Shown here piece after piece: positions 29,729-40,494 of a DNA stretch of 64,000 bases. The DNA comes from Mycoplasmatota bacterium. Its GTDB lineage: Bacteria > Bacillota_I > Bacilli_A > RF39 > UBA660. The notes beneath the pieces are model-generated. The model worked only from the letters and a program-made list of their open reading frames with translations, had not been told where the DNA came from and did not search any database. Both the position numbers and the translations under genes were made by a program. The stretch covers positions 90,399 to 154,398 of the forward strand of contig JALFCF010000005.1 of the NCBI GenBank assembly GCA_022771205.1, written 5' to 3'. Positions within the stretch are counted from its first letter, which is position 1, and each line of letters opens with the position of its first letter.

Positions 29729-30391
29729 TTATTTATCTTCATTTAACAAATAAGAATTCATCTTAGTAAATAAAAATCTTTCTCCTTGCTCTCGAACTCC
29801 ATTAATTAAAGTAGTATCTTTAACAATTACCTTAAAATCAATACTTTCTAAAAGCTGTTTCAAATAAGTAGAACTGACAAATTTTATCATTTCATTAGAG
29901 ATTGCACTAACATCTTTTTTTTCTATTTTTTTTGTAAATAAAAGATTTACATTTTTGACAATTTTTTTATCAATAACTTCACTAATATCCGCTTTCATAG
30001 TTTTCTTTAATTTGCGATTTAATGGAATAAAATCTTTTTTATTAAACTTAATAACATCACTTTCCTTCTTAGGAGAAAAAGAAATAATATTTTTTTGTAA
30101 TTCTTCTATCCTTATTTTCTTCCAAGAAGGAATATATGTAATAATTTTTTTCCTATAGTTTTCTAAAATTTTATCTAATGCATCAGCTTGAATTATTGTC
30201 CTATGACGTTTAGCTAATTCTAAAAATTTACATTTAATAATATCCATAGAATCAAGTGGAGGTTTTTTTAATAAAAATAAAACATCATCATCAAATAAAG
30301 AAATAGTATTATTTTTTAGTGTTTCTAAAACTGCATTTTTATAATTTTCAAAATGTTTTTGTTTAAAATCCTCAATTGTCTCTTGATTCAT
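29729..30391 (-). CDS. hypothetical Lys-rich cytoplasmic protein between mfd and spoVT
   Basis: 220-aa ORF with no TM or signal peptide and no recognisable motif. Confidence 0.45.
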   Translation of the reverse strand: MNQETIEDFKQKHFENYKNAVLETLKNNTISLFDDDVLFLLKKPPLDSMDIIKCKFLELAKRHRTIIQADALDKILENYRKKIITYIPSWKKIRIEELQKNIISFSPKKESDVIKFNKKDFIPLNRKLKKTMKADISEVIDKKIVKNVNLLFTKKIEKKDVSAISNEMIKFVSSTYLKQLLESIDFKVIVKDTTLINGVREQGERFLFTKMNSYLLNEDK

Positions 30392-30445
30392 ACTACCACA
30401 TCCTAATATTGTAAGTTTAACAAAAGCAACTTCTTCTAGTCAAGA

Positions 30446-33400
30446 TTATGTGAAGAATTTATGATAAATTAAATCCAACAAAGAAACTAGATAATAAATA
30501 GGATGTTTCTCCAATTTGATAATATCTAAAATAATTACCAAATTAGAACCTCTACTCAAAAATCTAAATGATGGACTAATATCATAAGAATCCATAAACA
30601 ATTCATCTACTTTAAACTTAGAAACAACGTCGCTAGGAAATACAAGTTCAATAGAATTCTTAGTTTGAGATACACGTTTAATTCTCACTTGTTTAGCTAA
30701 CTTTTCAAACCATTCCTCATACATATAAATAAGCATATCATCAGTTACTCTTCCAAATCTATCTTCTAATTCAACTTTAACATCTTCTAGTTTTTCAGCA
30801 GAATCAATTTCATTAATTTTACGATGAATTTCAATTTTTAAATCATCTTCTGAAACATAATGATCATCAATATGCGTAGTAACATTCAATAGTGGTTTAC
30901 TATCAATTTCTTCTTCCTCTATTGGTAACTTAAGATTCTTTTTACGAGCAACTTCTTCATTTAACAATCTTAAATACAAATCAATGCCGACAGAATCAAT
31001 AAATCCAGCCTGTTCACTACCTAAAATATCTCCAGCACCGCGAATAGATAAATCACGAGTAGCAATACTAAAACCGCTACCAAGTGCAGTAAACTCTTTA
31101 ATTACATTAAGTCTCTTAATAGCAGATTCAGTTAATACTTTAGCAGGATGATACATCAAATAAGCATAAGCAAACTTGTCACTTCGTCCAACTCGACCAC
31201 GTATCTGATAAAGCTGACTAAGACCAAATCTATCAGCATCCATAATAATCAAAGTATTAACATTAGGAATATCAATACCTGTTTCAATAATTGTCGTACA
31301 AACTAAAATATCATATTCGTGATTAATAAAATCTAAAATTCTATTTTCTAAATCATTTTTATTCATTTGTCCATGAGCAGTTATAATCCTAGCCTCTGGA
31401 ATTAAATTTTGAATACGATATTTTTCTTCTTCAATAGACTCTACTTTATTATACAAAATAAATACTTGACCATCACGAGATAATTCTTTATAAATAGCAT
31501 CTTTTAATATTTGATTATTCTCTTCAATTACGTAAGTTTGAACAGGATAACGATTAACAGGTGGAGTTTCAATCAACGATAAACTGCGAATTCCAACTAA
31601 TGACATCTGTAATGTCCTAGGAATAGGTGTAGCAGTTAACGTTAACACATCAACATTGGTCTTATATTTTTTTATCTTTTCCTTATGAACAACACCAAAC
31701 CGTTGTTCTTCATCAATAACTAAGAGTCCCAAATTTTTAGGCTTAATATCATCACTTAATAAACGGTGTGTCCCAAAAACCAAATCAATAGTACCATTAG
31801 AAATTCCATCAATGATTCTTTTAACTTCTTTAGGAGAAGTAAATCTATTTAAAAGTCCAATGGATACAGGAAAATCTTTAAAACGTTCTAAAGCATTTTC
31901 ATAATGCTGATTTGACAATATAGTAGTAGGACATAAGAAAAGTACTTGTTTAGAATCTAAAATTGCTTTAAATGCTGCAACAAAAGCAACTTCTGTTTTT
32001 CCAAAGCCTACATCACCACACAATAAACGGTCCATTGGTGTCTTTTTCTCCATATCCTCTTTAATTTGTACTATTGCCCTTTTTTGATCTGGAGTAAGTT
32101 CATACGGAAATTCTGCTTCGAAATCTAACAACATATCACAATCAGGAGAAAACGCAAATCCTTGCCGTGCTTCACGTTCTGCATAAAGTTGTAGTAAGTC
32201 ATCAGCCATATCTTGAACTTTCTTTTTTACTCTATTTTTCGTCTTCTCCCATTCATTACCACCAAGCTTATTAATTTTAGGAGCATAACCTTCTTTACCA
32301 GTATACTTACTTAACAAATCTATTTTTTCAACTGGTATATACAACTTATCTTCTCCATAATATAAAACTTCCAAATAATCTTTTTTTACACCAGATAAAC
32401 TAAGAGTTTTGATACCATTATAAACTCCAATACCATGAATATTATGAACAACATAATCTCCAACAGATAATTTATTAATATCAGAAATACTAGAAGCATA
32501 TTTAAACTTAGTACGATATTTCTTTTGTTTTTCCTTTACTAAAAACAACTCATTAGCGGTCAAAAACACATAATTTTGATATATAAAACCCGCTTTCAAA
32601 GGAGCAGAAACTAAATTAACTTCATTAGAAACAATATGATCAAAATCAGCTTCTACAATTTTCATATTAAGAAATTTCATAACACTAAATATTTGATATT
32701 TTTTTAGACATAACACAACAGTTTTTCCATCACCAATAGCATGACGAATAAACTGGTTAATAGAGTCAGAATTTTCATTAAAATTATTTATGGTATGAAC
32801 ATCCAAATCTAATATATTATTAGAATGATAATGATCAATATTCATATAATAAATAGGAAAAGATGGATGAATATCTAACAAATCAAACATATATTTCCCA
32901 TTAAATTCTATATCTTTCGTACTATGATAAGTTAAAGCCTCTTCCATAATTTGAGAAAAGCTAACTTTTAACTGTTCATAATCCTTAAAAAAAGTAATAG
33001 AATCTCCCAAATAATCAGAAATTGAAGAAACATCTTCATAAAAAGGGAGAAATTTCTGCTTAGAAGAATTTTCTTCAACTGTTTTTGATGTCAAAAACTC
33101 AGAACAAGGATGTATTAAGATTGAAGAAATATTAGATAAAGATTTCTGAGTATCACAGTCAAAATAACGTATAGAATCTATTTCATCGTCAAAGAATTCA
33201 ACACGAACAGCATTTTCACACTCGACAGGAAAAACATCAATAATAAAGCCTCTAACAGCAAATTCACCAGTTTTATTAACAATAGTATCACGAGTATAAC
33301 CAGCTTGAACTAATTTTTCCACCAATTCTTGTGGGTTAATTGTATTTCCAACGTTTAATTCTATAAAGAACTGTTGATAATTTTGTTTTGTTGGTAAAAA

Positions 33401-33736
33401 CCTCAAATATCCCATCAAATTAGTAACAACAATGTGAGGATATTCTAAAACTTTATTAATTGTTTCTAAACGATTATAACGAAGTTCCGGACTAACTGCT
33501 AAAGCTTCACTAGTTAAAAAATCGTCCATAGGAAACAAACTAACATTATCTGTATAGTTAGTCAAAGAAGAATACAATTGGTTTGCCTCATATAAAGAAT
33601 TAACAACAACTAAAATATTTTTCTTTTCTCTTTGCAAAGTAGAATATAATAGAACACAAAAAAACTCATCGGTAACACCTGTAATACCCATGTTCTTTTT
33701 TAATTCTATAGTTCCAATTTGCTCAAAAACATTCAT
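30446..33736 (-). CDS. mfd: transcription-repair coupling factor
   Basis: UvrB-homology N-domain, RNAP-interacting domain, superfamily-2 helicase motifs (GDVGFGKTEVA, DEEQRFG), TRG motif. Confidence 0.92.
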   Translation of the reverse strand: MNVFEQIGTIELKKNMGITGVTDEFFCVLLYSTLQREKKNILVVVNSLYEANQLYSSLTNYTDNVSLFPMDDFLTSEALAVSPELRYNRLETINKVLEYPHIVVTNLMGYLRFLPTKQNYQQFFIELNVGNTINPQELVEKLVQAGYTRDTIVNKTGEFAVRGFIIDVFPVECENAVRVEFFDDEIDSIRYFDCDTQKSLSNISSILIHPCSEFLTSKTVEENSSKQKFLPFYEDVSSISDYLGDSITFFKDYEQLKVSFSQIMEEALTYHSTKDIEFNGKYMFDLLDIHPSFPIYYMNIDHYHSNNILDLDVHTINNFNENSDSINQFIRHAIGDGKTVVLCLKKYQIFSVMKFLNMKIVEADFDHIVSNEVNLVSAPLKAGFIYQNYVFLTANELFLVKEKQKKYRTKFKYASSISDINKLSVGDYVVHNIHGIGVYNGIKTLSLSGVKKDYLEVLYYGEDKLYIPVEKIDLLSKYTGKEGYAPKINKLGGNEWEKTKNRVKKKVQDMADDLLQLYAEREARQGFAFSPDCDMLLDFEAEFPYELTPDQKRAIVQIKEDMEKKTPMDRLLCGDVGFGKTEVAFVAAFKAILDSKQVLFLCPTTILSNQHYENALERFKDFPVSIGLLNRFTSPKEVKRIIDGISNGTIDLVFGTHRLLSDDIKPKNLGLLVIDEEQRFGVVHKEKIKKYKTNVDVLTLTATPIPRTLQMSLVGIRSLSLIETPPVNRYPVQTYVIEENNQILKDAIYKELSRDGQVFILYNKVESIEEEKYRIQNLIPEARIITAHGQMNKNDLENRILDFINHEYDILVCTTIIETGIDIPNVNTLIIMDADRFGLSQLYQIRGRVGRSDKFAYAYLMYHPAKVLTESAIKRLNVIKEFTALGSGFSIATRDLSIRGAGDILGSEQAGFIDSVGIDLYLRLLNEEVARKKNLKLPIEEEEIDSKPLLNVTTHIDDHYVSEDDLKIEIHRKINEIDSAEKLEDVKVELEDRFGRVTDDMLIYMYEEWFEKLAKQVRIKRVSQTKNSIELVFPSDVVSKFKVDELFMDSYDISPSFRFLSRGSNLVIILDIIKLEKHPIYYLVSLLDLIYHKFFT

Positions 33737-33740
33737 AAAA

Positions 33741-34310
33741 TCACCTATTTTTACGATTATAGCGATTCATTAAAGATAAAAAATCTAATACAAAATAATC
33801 ATCAAGAACCTCAACCAAAGAATTAAATAATTCTTCTAATTGCTTTTCTTCTTCTCTAGAAAATCGACCTAAAACATAATCTTTAGTCTCTCGTGATTTA
33901 TCATTAGAAATTCCTATCTTCAATCGCTTATACTGTTGAGTATGAACACATGACTCAATATTGCGTAATCCATTATGTCCACCACAAGAACCTTTGTCTT
34001 TTAACTTAAAATTACCAACATTCAAATCTAAGTCATCTGAAATAATTAATAAATCAGAAACATCTACTTTAAAAAAGTTAATAAACTGTGAAACAACAGT
34101 ACCAGATAAATTCATATAAGATTGAGGTTTCAAAAATATAACTTTCTCTCCATTTAAATTAATCTCACAATAAAGACCTTGAAACTTATTTTTCCAAGTT
34201 ACAATAATATTTTTGTAATTTAAATAATAATCTAAAAAAGAAAAACCAACATTATGTCGAGTACCCTCATATTCTCTACCTGGATTACCTAATCCTACAA
34301 TAATCTTCAT
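33741..34310 (-). CDS. pth: peptidyl-tRNA hydrolase
   Basis: MKIIVGLGNPGREYEGTRHNVGF, canonical Pth. Confidence 0.92.
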   Translation of the reverse strand: MKIIVGLGNPGREYEGTRHNVGFSFLDYYLNYKNIIVTWKNKFQGLYCEINLNGEKVIFLKPQSYMNLSGTVVSQFINFFKVDVSDLLIISDDLDLNVGNFKLKDKGSCGGHNGLRNIESCVHTQQYKRLKIGISNDKSRETKDYVLGRFSREEEKQLEELFNSLVEVLDDYFVLDFLSLMNRYNRKNR

Positions 34311-34330
34311 AACATCACCTCTAACTAAAA

Positions 34331-34350
34331 ATTATTTCCCGGGAAATAAT
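34331..34350. repeat. perfect 20-bp palindrome ATTATTTCCCGGGAAATAAT abutting the rsmI stop, with flanking A/T runs
   Basis: Read directly. A near-identical copy (ATTATTTCCTGGGAAATAAT) lies at 41389..41408 and a half copy at 41376..41385. Confidence 0.6.
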
Positions 34351-35193
34351 TTATTTTTTATTCTCATGATATTCTTTATATACAATGGACTTAGCTATTC
34401 CTCTTTCTTTGGCAACAGTTTTAATAGCATCTTTCTCACTAATGCCATCATCCAAATAAAGATTAATATGCTCTAAAATAGACATACTAGAATAATCAAT
34501 ATCATCATGATTACCATCAACTACTACTACAAACTCTCCCTTTAACTCTGAAACAATAGGAATAAGTTCTTGTATTGTGCCACGACAAATTTCTTCATGC
34601 AACTTAGAAATTTCTCGATGAATACTAATATTACGATTACCAAAAATTTCTAACATATACCTCATAGTTTTTTCTATGCGATGTGGAGCCTCATAAAAAA
34701 CTAATGTATAAGGTAATTTACTTAAACTCATAAGTTCTCTTTTAATTTTAGATTCTTTTGTCTGTAAAAAACCATAAAATAAAAATGGAGAAGGTGAAAG
34801 TCCAGAAGAAGTTAAGGCAGGAACAAAAGCAGTTGCCCCAGGAAGAGCAATAACATTTAAATGATTAGCTATAACAGCTTTAGAAACCACATATCCTGGA
34901 TCACTAACAATTGGAGAGCCTTGATCAGTAATTAGTCCAATATTTTTACCTTTTTTTAATTCAGAAATAATATATTCCTTTATTTTATCTTCATTATATT
35001 CATGACAACTAACCAATCTCTTTTTTATATTAAAATGATTTAATAATTTACTACTCTCCCTCGTATCTTCACATAAAATAAAGTCTACCATTTCCAATAC
35101 TTTAAGTGCACGAACTGTAATATCATCCAAATTTCCAATCGGGGTTGGAATCAAATATAAACTGGCACTACCATCATAACTACTCTGTCTCAT
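34351..35193 (-). CDS. rsmI: 16S rRNA (cytidine1402-2'-O)-methyltransferase
   Basis: Tetrapyrrole-methylase fold (LYLIPTPIGNLDDITVRAL). Start ATG at 35193 behind GGAGG. Confidence 0.8.
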   Translation of the reverse strand: MRQSSYDGSASLYLIPTPIGNLDDITVRALKVLEMVDFILCEDTRESSKLLNHFNIKKRLVSCHEYNEDKIKEYIISELKKGKNIGLITDQGSPIVSDPGYVVSKAVIANHLNVIALPGATAFVPALTSSGLSPSPFLFYGFLQTKESKIKRELMSLSKLPYTLVFYEAPHRIEKTMRYMLEIFGNRNISIHREISKLHEEICRGTIQELIPIVSELKGEFVVVVDGNHDDIDYSSMSILEHINLYLDDGISEKDAIKTVAKERGIAKSIVYKEYHENKK

Positions 35194-35920
35194 TCTTAAC
35201 CTCCAATAAAAACTTTTCATATTCAGCTGTTTTAACACCATTATCTGTATACATGATAAATGGTTTTTCTACTTTCAAACCAGATTTTCCATTTTTAGTT
35301 CCCTCCAATAAAACTAAAGTAGAAGATTTATTAATCATTTCATGAACAAATTGAATTCTTTTAGGTTCAATATGATATTTACGAAATAGATCAAAAATTT
35401 CTAATAATCTATCAGTACGATGAACAATAGCAAAATTACCATTATTTTTTAGTAATCTAGAAGCAACATGAATAACATCTTCCAATGATATACACACTTC
35501 ATGCCTAGCAATCATTTTTTCTTTTCGTTCATTAAAAAAATTTTTATCATTAACTTTAAAATATGGTGGATTACAAGTAATAACATCATATCTTTCAATC
35601 GTCTTAGGCATAACATAATCTTTCATATCACAATTTATAATAGAAATTTGAGATTCAAGTTTATTATATTGAACAGACTTTTCAGCTAAGTTAGCTAAAG
35701 GTTGTTGAATTTCAACACCAACAATAGGCTTATTAGTACGAATCGATAAAATAAGTGGTATTACTCCATTACCAGTACCTAAATCAAGAATATTTTTATC
35801 TCGTAACCGAATAGTAACAAAATTTGAAAGCATGACACTATCTAAAGAAAATGAAAAAAAATCTGTATTTTGATAAATCTTACGATTAGGATAACCTAAA
35901 ATGTCATTCAACACTTCCAT
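35180..35920 (-). CDS. SAM-dependent N6-adenine methyltransferase, YabB/TrmN6-like
   Basis: DLGTGNGVIPL SAM motif and NPPY catalytic motif (ITCNPPYF). Confidence 0.55.
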   Translation of the reverse strand: MEVLNDILGYPNRKIYQNTDFFSFSLDSVMLSNFVTIRLRDKNILDLGTGNGVIPLILSIRTNKPIVGVEIQQPLANLAEKSVQYNKLESQISIINCDMKDYVMPKTIERYDVITCNPPYFKVNDKNFFNERKEKMIARHEVCISLEDVIHVASRLLKNNGNFAIVHRTDRLLEIFDLFRKYHIEPKRIQFVHEMINKSSTLVLLEGTKNGKSGLKVEKPFIMYTDNGVKTAEYEKFLLEVKNETE

Positions 35921-36707
35921 GATACTCTTCCTTTTTCATCTCAACAATTCCTTTTTCTTTTAAATCAACTTGAAAAGTTCCTTTAAAAACATCTATTGAA
36001 GAAACCTTTCCTAAACCAGACTCAGTTTCTACAATGCTTCCCATCTTAGGATAACCTTTTTTTAATTCTGTATATAACTCATTTTCATACCCAAGACAAC
36101 ATAAAAGTCTACCACAAATACCATTAATTTTAGAAGGGTTTAAAGCCAAAAATTGATTTTTAGCCATATTAATAGATACACTATTAAAATCAGTCAAAAA
36201 AGTATGACAGCATAAGAACAAACCACAAGGTCCTAATCCACCTACCTTCTTAGCTTTATCACGTACACCAATTTGTCGAAGTTCAATACGAGTTTTATAT
36301 TTCTGAGCTAACTTCTTTGCCAACTCTCTAAAATCAACCCTATTATCCGCAACAAAAGAAAAAACCAACTGACTTTTATCAAAAGTATAATAACAATCTA
36401 CAAATCCCATATTCAAATTCAAATCCTTACTATACTTTCTAGCTGTCTCTAAAGCCTTTTTTGCTTTGTCATCATTTTCAGATAATATCACCATATCTTC
36501 ATCTGAAACTTTTCTAACAACTTTTCTAATAGAATCAGGTAAATTTTCTTCTTTTTCCATATATGATGCTTTTTTTATAATACCTAAATCAAGTCCAGAC
36601 TCAGTTTCTACAATAACTAAATCATTAATAACTAAATCAAATTCACTAGAATCGAAATATGCAAAAACTTTGGTAATAGGAAACATAACTTGAACAACTT
36701 TTTGCAT
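35904..36707 (-). CDS. ricT: PSP1-domain protein RicT/YaaT
   Basis: PSP1 C-terminal domain with a Cys cluster (GPCGLFLCC...GRLLCC). Located between holB and the yabB-like gene. Confidence 0.65.
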   Translation of the reverse strand: MQKVVQVMFPITKVFAYFDSSEFDLVINDLVIVETESGLDLGIIKKASYMEKEENLPDSIRKVVRKVSDEDMVILSENDDKAKKALETARKYSKDLNLNMGFVDCYYTFDKSQLVFSFVADNRVDFRELAKKLAQKYKTRIELRQIGVRDKAKKVGGLGPCGLFLCCHTFLTDFNSVSINMAKNQFLALNPSKINGICGRLLCCLGYENELYTELKKGYPKMGSIVETESGLGKVSSIDVFKGTFQVDLKEKGIVEMKKEEYHGSVE

Positions 36708-37568
36708 CTATTTCACCTCCACAAATCTAGAATAAATACAATCTAACCATAATTTATAATTTATATTATACACCAACTTAGGAATTTCTTCTTCAATTAT
36801 AGTAATATAAGATAAAAGTATATTGGCATTAACATTATCTAAAAAAGAAAAAATAGAACTATTTTTATTCCGAGATTTAGTAGATAAATAATTAATCAAA
36901 ATTTTCTCAACAGCAAAGAAAATCTCTCTTGCTGTCTCTTTATCTGACAATATCGAATCATAAATTTCTTTATAATGAATAAACAAATCTTCAGGATGAA
37001 TAAGATATCTCATAAAAACTATAATCTTATCATCAACAATTTCCGTTTCAGAATCATCCAAAAGAGATAAAACTTGACATCTAGACAAAATTGTATCCAA
37101 AATTTGATAACGATTACTAGTAAGTAATATAGCAATAACCCCTTCTTCTGGTTCCTCTAAAAATTTCAAAATAGTATTTGCTGAAGAAGGATTCAATTTC
37201 TCCGCATTTTTAATAATATAAACTCTTCTCTTACCAATTAAAGACTTATTTTGATATTCACCTTTCAAAGATAAAAGCTGATTCTTTTTTATTTGACTTC
37301 CCTCAGCCTCAATAATTTGTAAATCAGGAAAACTATTTTCATCTATTAGTTTGCAAGTATTACAACGATTACAGTTCAAATTTTCTACATCAGCAACCAT
37401 TTCTGAACATAAAATCATTTTAACAAACAATAAAACAAGAGGAAAATCTAAAGAGAAATCCCCCAATTCTATTAAATACGAATGAGATAACTTATTAGAT
37501 TGTATAATTTTCTCAATATAATTCACAAATTTTTCTTGTATATAAGTTAAATCATTCATAAACATCAC
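36708..37568 (-). CDS. holB: DNA polymerase III delta' subunit
   Basis: Degenerate AAA+ clamp-loader fold. Position upstream of ricT as in Bacillus. Confidence 0.6.
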   Translation of the reverse strand: MMFMNDLTYIQEKFVNYIEKIIQSNKLSHSYLIELGDFSLDFPLVLLFVKMILCSEMVADVENLNCNRCNTCKLIDENSFPDLQIIEAEGSQIKKNQLLSLKGEYQNKSLIGKRRVYIIKNAEKLNPSSANTILKFLEEPEEGVIAILLTSNRYQILDTILSRCQVLSLLDDSETEIVDDKIIVFMRYLIHPEDLFIHYKEIYDSILSDKETAREIFFAVEKILINYLSTKSRNKNSSIFSFLDNVNANILLSYITIIEEEIPKLVYNINYKLWLDCIYSRFVEVK

Positions 37569-37571
37569 CTA

Positions 37572-37757
37572 TTATAAAACTAAAATTCTAAATAGCACCA
37601 ATGCAATTAGTGCTGGTGTTCCAAAAAAAGATACAGAAAATAAGGTTATGAAGTTAATTGGTAAAATCATATTAAAATTAACAGCAATCAAATTATAACC
37701 GTATAAAAGAAAACCACTTATAACAATGCGTTTAACAATTGTCACTATTTTTTTCAT
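37572..37757 (-). CDS. bofA: BofA-like small membrane protein (pro-sigma-K processing inhibitor family)
   Basis: 61 aa with 2 TM helices. C-terminal LIAVNFNMILPINFITLFSVSFFGTPALIALV resembles BofA. Located next to recR as in Bacillus. Confidence 0.45.
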   Translation of the reverse strand: MKKIVTIVKRIVISGFLLYGYNLIAVNFNMILPINFITLFSVSFFGTPALIALVLFRILVL

Positions 37758-37798
37758 ATTATTATCTCCTCGATAAAAAATATGAAAAAAAGCTACTT

Positions 37799-38395
37799 TT
37801 ATTCTATTTCTTTTCTATCGTGTAAAGCTCTCTCTAAAGTAAGGCTATCAACATATTCCATATCAGCACCCATAGGAACACCACTAGCAAGTCGAGTAAC
37901 CTTTACTCCCATTCCCTCCAAAACGCGTTTAATATATAGAGCTGTAGTTTCACCTTCAATACTAGGACGAAAAGCAAAAATAATTTCCTTAAATTGTTCT
38001 TCTTTAATTCGATCAATCAACTTATCTAATCCAATATCCTCAGGATTTATACCATCAAGAGGAGAAATTAGTCCATCTAAAACATGAAACATACCATGAA
38101 ACATACCTAATTTTTCAAATAAAAATACATTCTTTGTATCTTCTACAACACACAAAGTAGTTTTATCTCGACCTACATCAGAACAAATAAAACAAACATC
38201 TGTATCAGTAAATGTATTACATATCGGGCAAGGATGAATATTTTTTTTCACATGGACCAAACTTTCAGAAAAAAGATCAATCTGTTCATCCTCTAAATCC
38301 AAAACAGAAAATGCTAAACGTTCAGCAGTTTTTTCACCAATACCAGGCAAATATTTAAAAGATTCAATTAAGTTTTTAATACTCTCTGGATACAT
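37799..38395 (-). CDS. recR: recombination protein RecR
   Basis: HhH N-terminus, C4 zinc finger (CPICNTFTDTDVCFIC), Toprim. Confidence 0.92.
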   Translation of the reverse strand: MYPESIKNLIESFKYLPGIGEKTAERLAFSVLDLEDEQIDLFSESLVHVKKNIHPCPICNTFTDTDVCFICSDVGRDKTTLCVVEDTKNVFLFEKLGMFHGMFHVLDGLISPLDGINPEDIGLDKLIDRIKEEQFKEIIFAFRPSIEGETTALYIKRVLEGMGVKVTRLASGVPMGADMEYVDSLTLERALHDRKEIE

Positions 38396-38403
38396 AAATC
38401 AGA

Positions 38404-38700
38404 TTAAAATAACCCCGGTATATTACCAAATTTTCCCATTTTCTTTTCTGTTTCAGAATCAATTTTTTTCATAGCTTCATTCACTGCTACCATAATCATA
38501 TCTTCTAACATTTCTAAATCTTCACTATCCAAAATATTAGATTTATCAATATCTACTTTAACAATTTCCTTTGTACCTTTTAAGGTAACTTTTACTAACG
38601 AACTTTCACCAACAAATTCTTTAGAATCAATTTCTTCCTTTACACTCATCATATCCTTTTGTAATTTTTGTGCTTGTTTCATCATTGCTTGTATATTCAT
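38404..38700 (-). CDS. ybaB: nucleoid-associated protein YbaB/EbfC
   Basis: MNIQAMMKQAQKLQKDMMSVKEE... Start ATG at 38700 behind AGGAGA. Confidence 0.8.
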   Translation of the reverse strand: MNIQAMMKQAQKLQKDMMSVKEEIDSKEFVGESSLVKVTLKGTKEIVKVDIDKSNILDSEDLEMLEDMIMVAVNEAMKKIDSETEKKMGKFGNIPGLF

Positions 38701-38713
38701 AATTATTCTCCTT

Positions 38714-40441
38714 TTAATCAAATTCTACGATATCGCCAAATATAGAAGCGGCATCATTAGATATTATATCATTAGTTTCTTCTTTTTTAAACTCTTTCTC
38801 TGGTTCCACTTTAATTTCATAATGCTCACCATTTTTCAAATGATTAATATACTCAGACTTTAGTTCAGTCCACTGTTTATCTGTAATAATAGCAAACCTT
38901 TTAGTAGAACCAGTCAATTTATTATAAACATTTTCTAATTGTTCTAGATGTTCTAAATTCTGTTGTACTATAGAATCGTATTCATAACTCAAAACAATTA
39001 TATCATCGCTGGCAACTCTAAACTTAGAATTTAAAATTTCACATACCAAATATCCAATCTGCTGATCAAAAGTATAATCATTTAAAAGGTCAAAATTTTG
39101 CATTTCTTGCGTTAATATCTGCTTATTAGCTAAAGCAAAAGCATTATTAATTCGAACATCCATAATTTCTTTCAAATTTAAAATACCATTACTATCATTT
39201 GAAAGAAAAGGTGTACCATGCTCTGGAGGAATAATTTCATCAAAGGAATTATTTTTTTCAACAATAGTGTCATCAGCAGAAATATCAATATTAATAATAG
39301 ATTCTTCAGTAGAAACAGAAGTTATAGTATTATTTTTTGAAATAAAATTTTCCTTATTATTACTAGAAAAAGAATTATCATTTTCTGATATCATAACAGT
39401 ATTACCACTAATAGAAGACATAAAATTTAGTAGCAATATTTCAATATAAATTTTAGGATTACTGCTTTTTTTGATATCGAACATTTTTTCGTTAATAATA
39501 GTTATTAATTTTTCCACAAGAGTAATATCATAATCACAATTTATGGAATTAACATAGTAATTAACCAATAAATCTCTCAAATAATACATAAACTGAGAAG
39601 TAATCTGAATTAAATTTTTTCCACAATTATTAAAATAAACAATTTGAGATAACACATCTTTAAAATTACAATTAAATATGCAATCAGAAAACATTTTTAA
39701 ATCTTTTTTAGTAATTAGTCCATTTAGTTCAGTATAAATATCCATTGTAATTAAATCATCTGTATAAGAACTCAATTTATCAAGCATTCCTAAAGAATCG
39801 CGCATTCCTCCATCAGCAGCAACAGCAATTTCTCTTAATACTTCATTATCAATTTTAATATTTTCACAATTACATACATATTCCAACCGTTGAATCAACA
39901 TATCTATAGAAATTCTTTGAAAAGAAAAGCATTGACAACGAGAAATAATCGTTTCTGGAACTTTTTGAGGATCTGTTGTAGCCAAAATAAAAATAGCATG
40001 TTCAGGTGGTTCCTCCAACGTTTTCAACAAAGCATTAAATGCTCCTATTGAAAGCATATGAACCTCATCAATAATATAAACTTTATACTTTAATTCAGCA
40101 GGTACCAAATTAATCTTATTACGCAATTCACGAATTTCATCTACACCATTATTAGAAGCAGCGTCAATTTCCAAAATATCTACGCATTCCTTTTCACTCG
40201 CAATCAAACAATTTTTACATTTTCCACAAGGGTTACCATCAATCGGTTCCAAGCAATTAACTGCTTTTGCAAATATTTTAGACAAAGATGTTTTACCAGT
40301 ACCTCTAGAGCCAAAAAACATATAAGCATGACAAAATTTACGTTGTTCGATAGAATTTTTCAAGACTTTAACTATTGAAGATTGTCCAACTACATCATCA
40401 AAAGTTTGTGGCCTATACTTTCTATATAAAGCTTGATACAT
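38714..40441 (-). CDS. dnaX: DNA polymerase III subunit tau/gamma
   Basis: YRPQTFDDVVGQ, Walker A GSRGTGKTS, zinc module CGKCKNC. Start ATG at 40441 behind GGAGGTG. Confidence 0.88.
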   Translation of the reverse strand: MYQALYRKYRPQTFDDVVGQSSIVKVLKNSIEQRKFCHAYMFFGSRGTGKTSLSKIFAKAVNCLEPIDGNPCGKCKNCLIASEKECVDILEIDAASNNGVDEIRELRNKINLVPAELKYKVYIIDEVHMLSIGAFNALLKTLEEPPEHAIFILATTDPQKVPETIISRCQCFSFQRISIDMLIQRLEYVCNCENIKIDNEVLREIAVAADGGMRDSLGMLDKLSSYTDDLITMDIYTELNGLITKKDLKMFSDCIFNCNFKDVLSQIVYFNNCGKNLIQITSQFMYYLRDLLVNYYVNSINCDYDITLVEKLITIINEKMFDIKKSSNPKIYIEILLLNFMSSISGNTVMISENDNSFSSNNKENFISKNNTITSVSTEESIINIDISADDTIVEKNNSFDEIIPPEHGTPFLSNDSNGILNLKEIMDVRINNAFALANKQILTQEMQNFDLLNDYTFDQQIGYLVCEILNSKFRVASDDIIVLSYEYDSIVQQNLEHLEQLENVYNKLTGSTKRFAIITDKQWTELKSEYINHLKNGEHYEIKVEPEKEFKKEETNDIISNDAASIFGDIVEFD

Positions 40442-40494
40442 ATGTGCACCTCCAATAAACATCTATATTATATCATAAAAAAAGAAGAATATAT

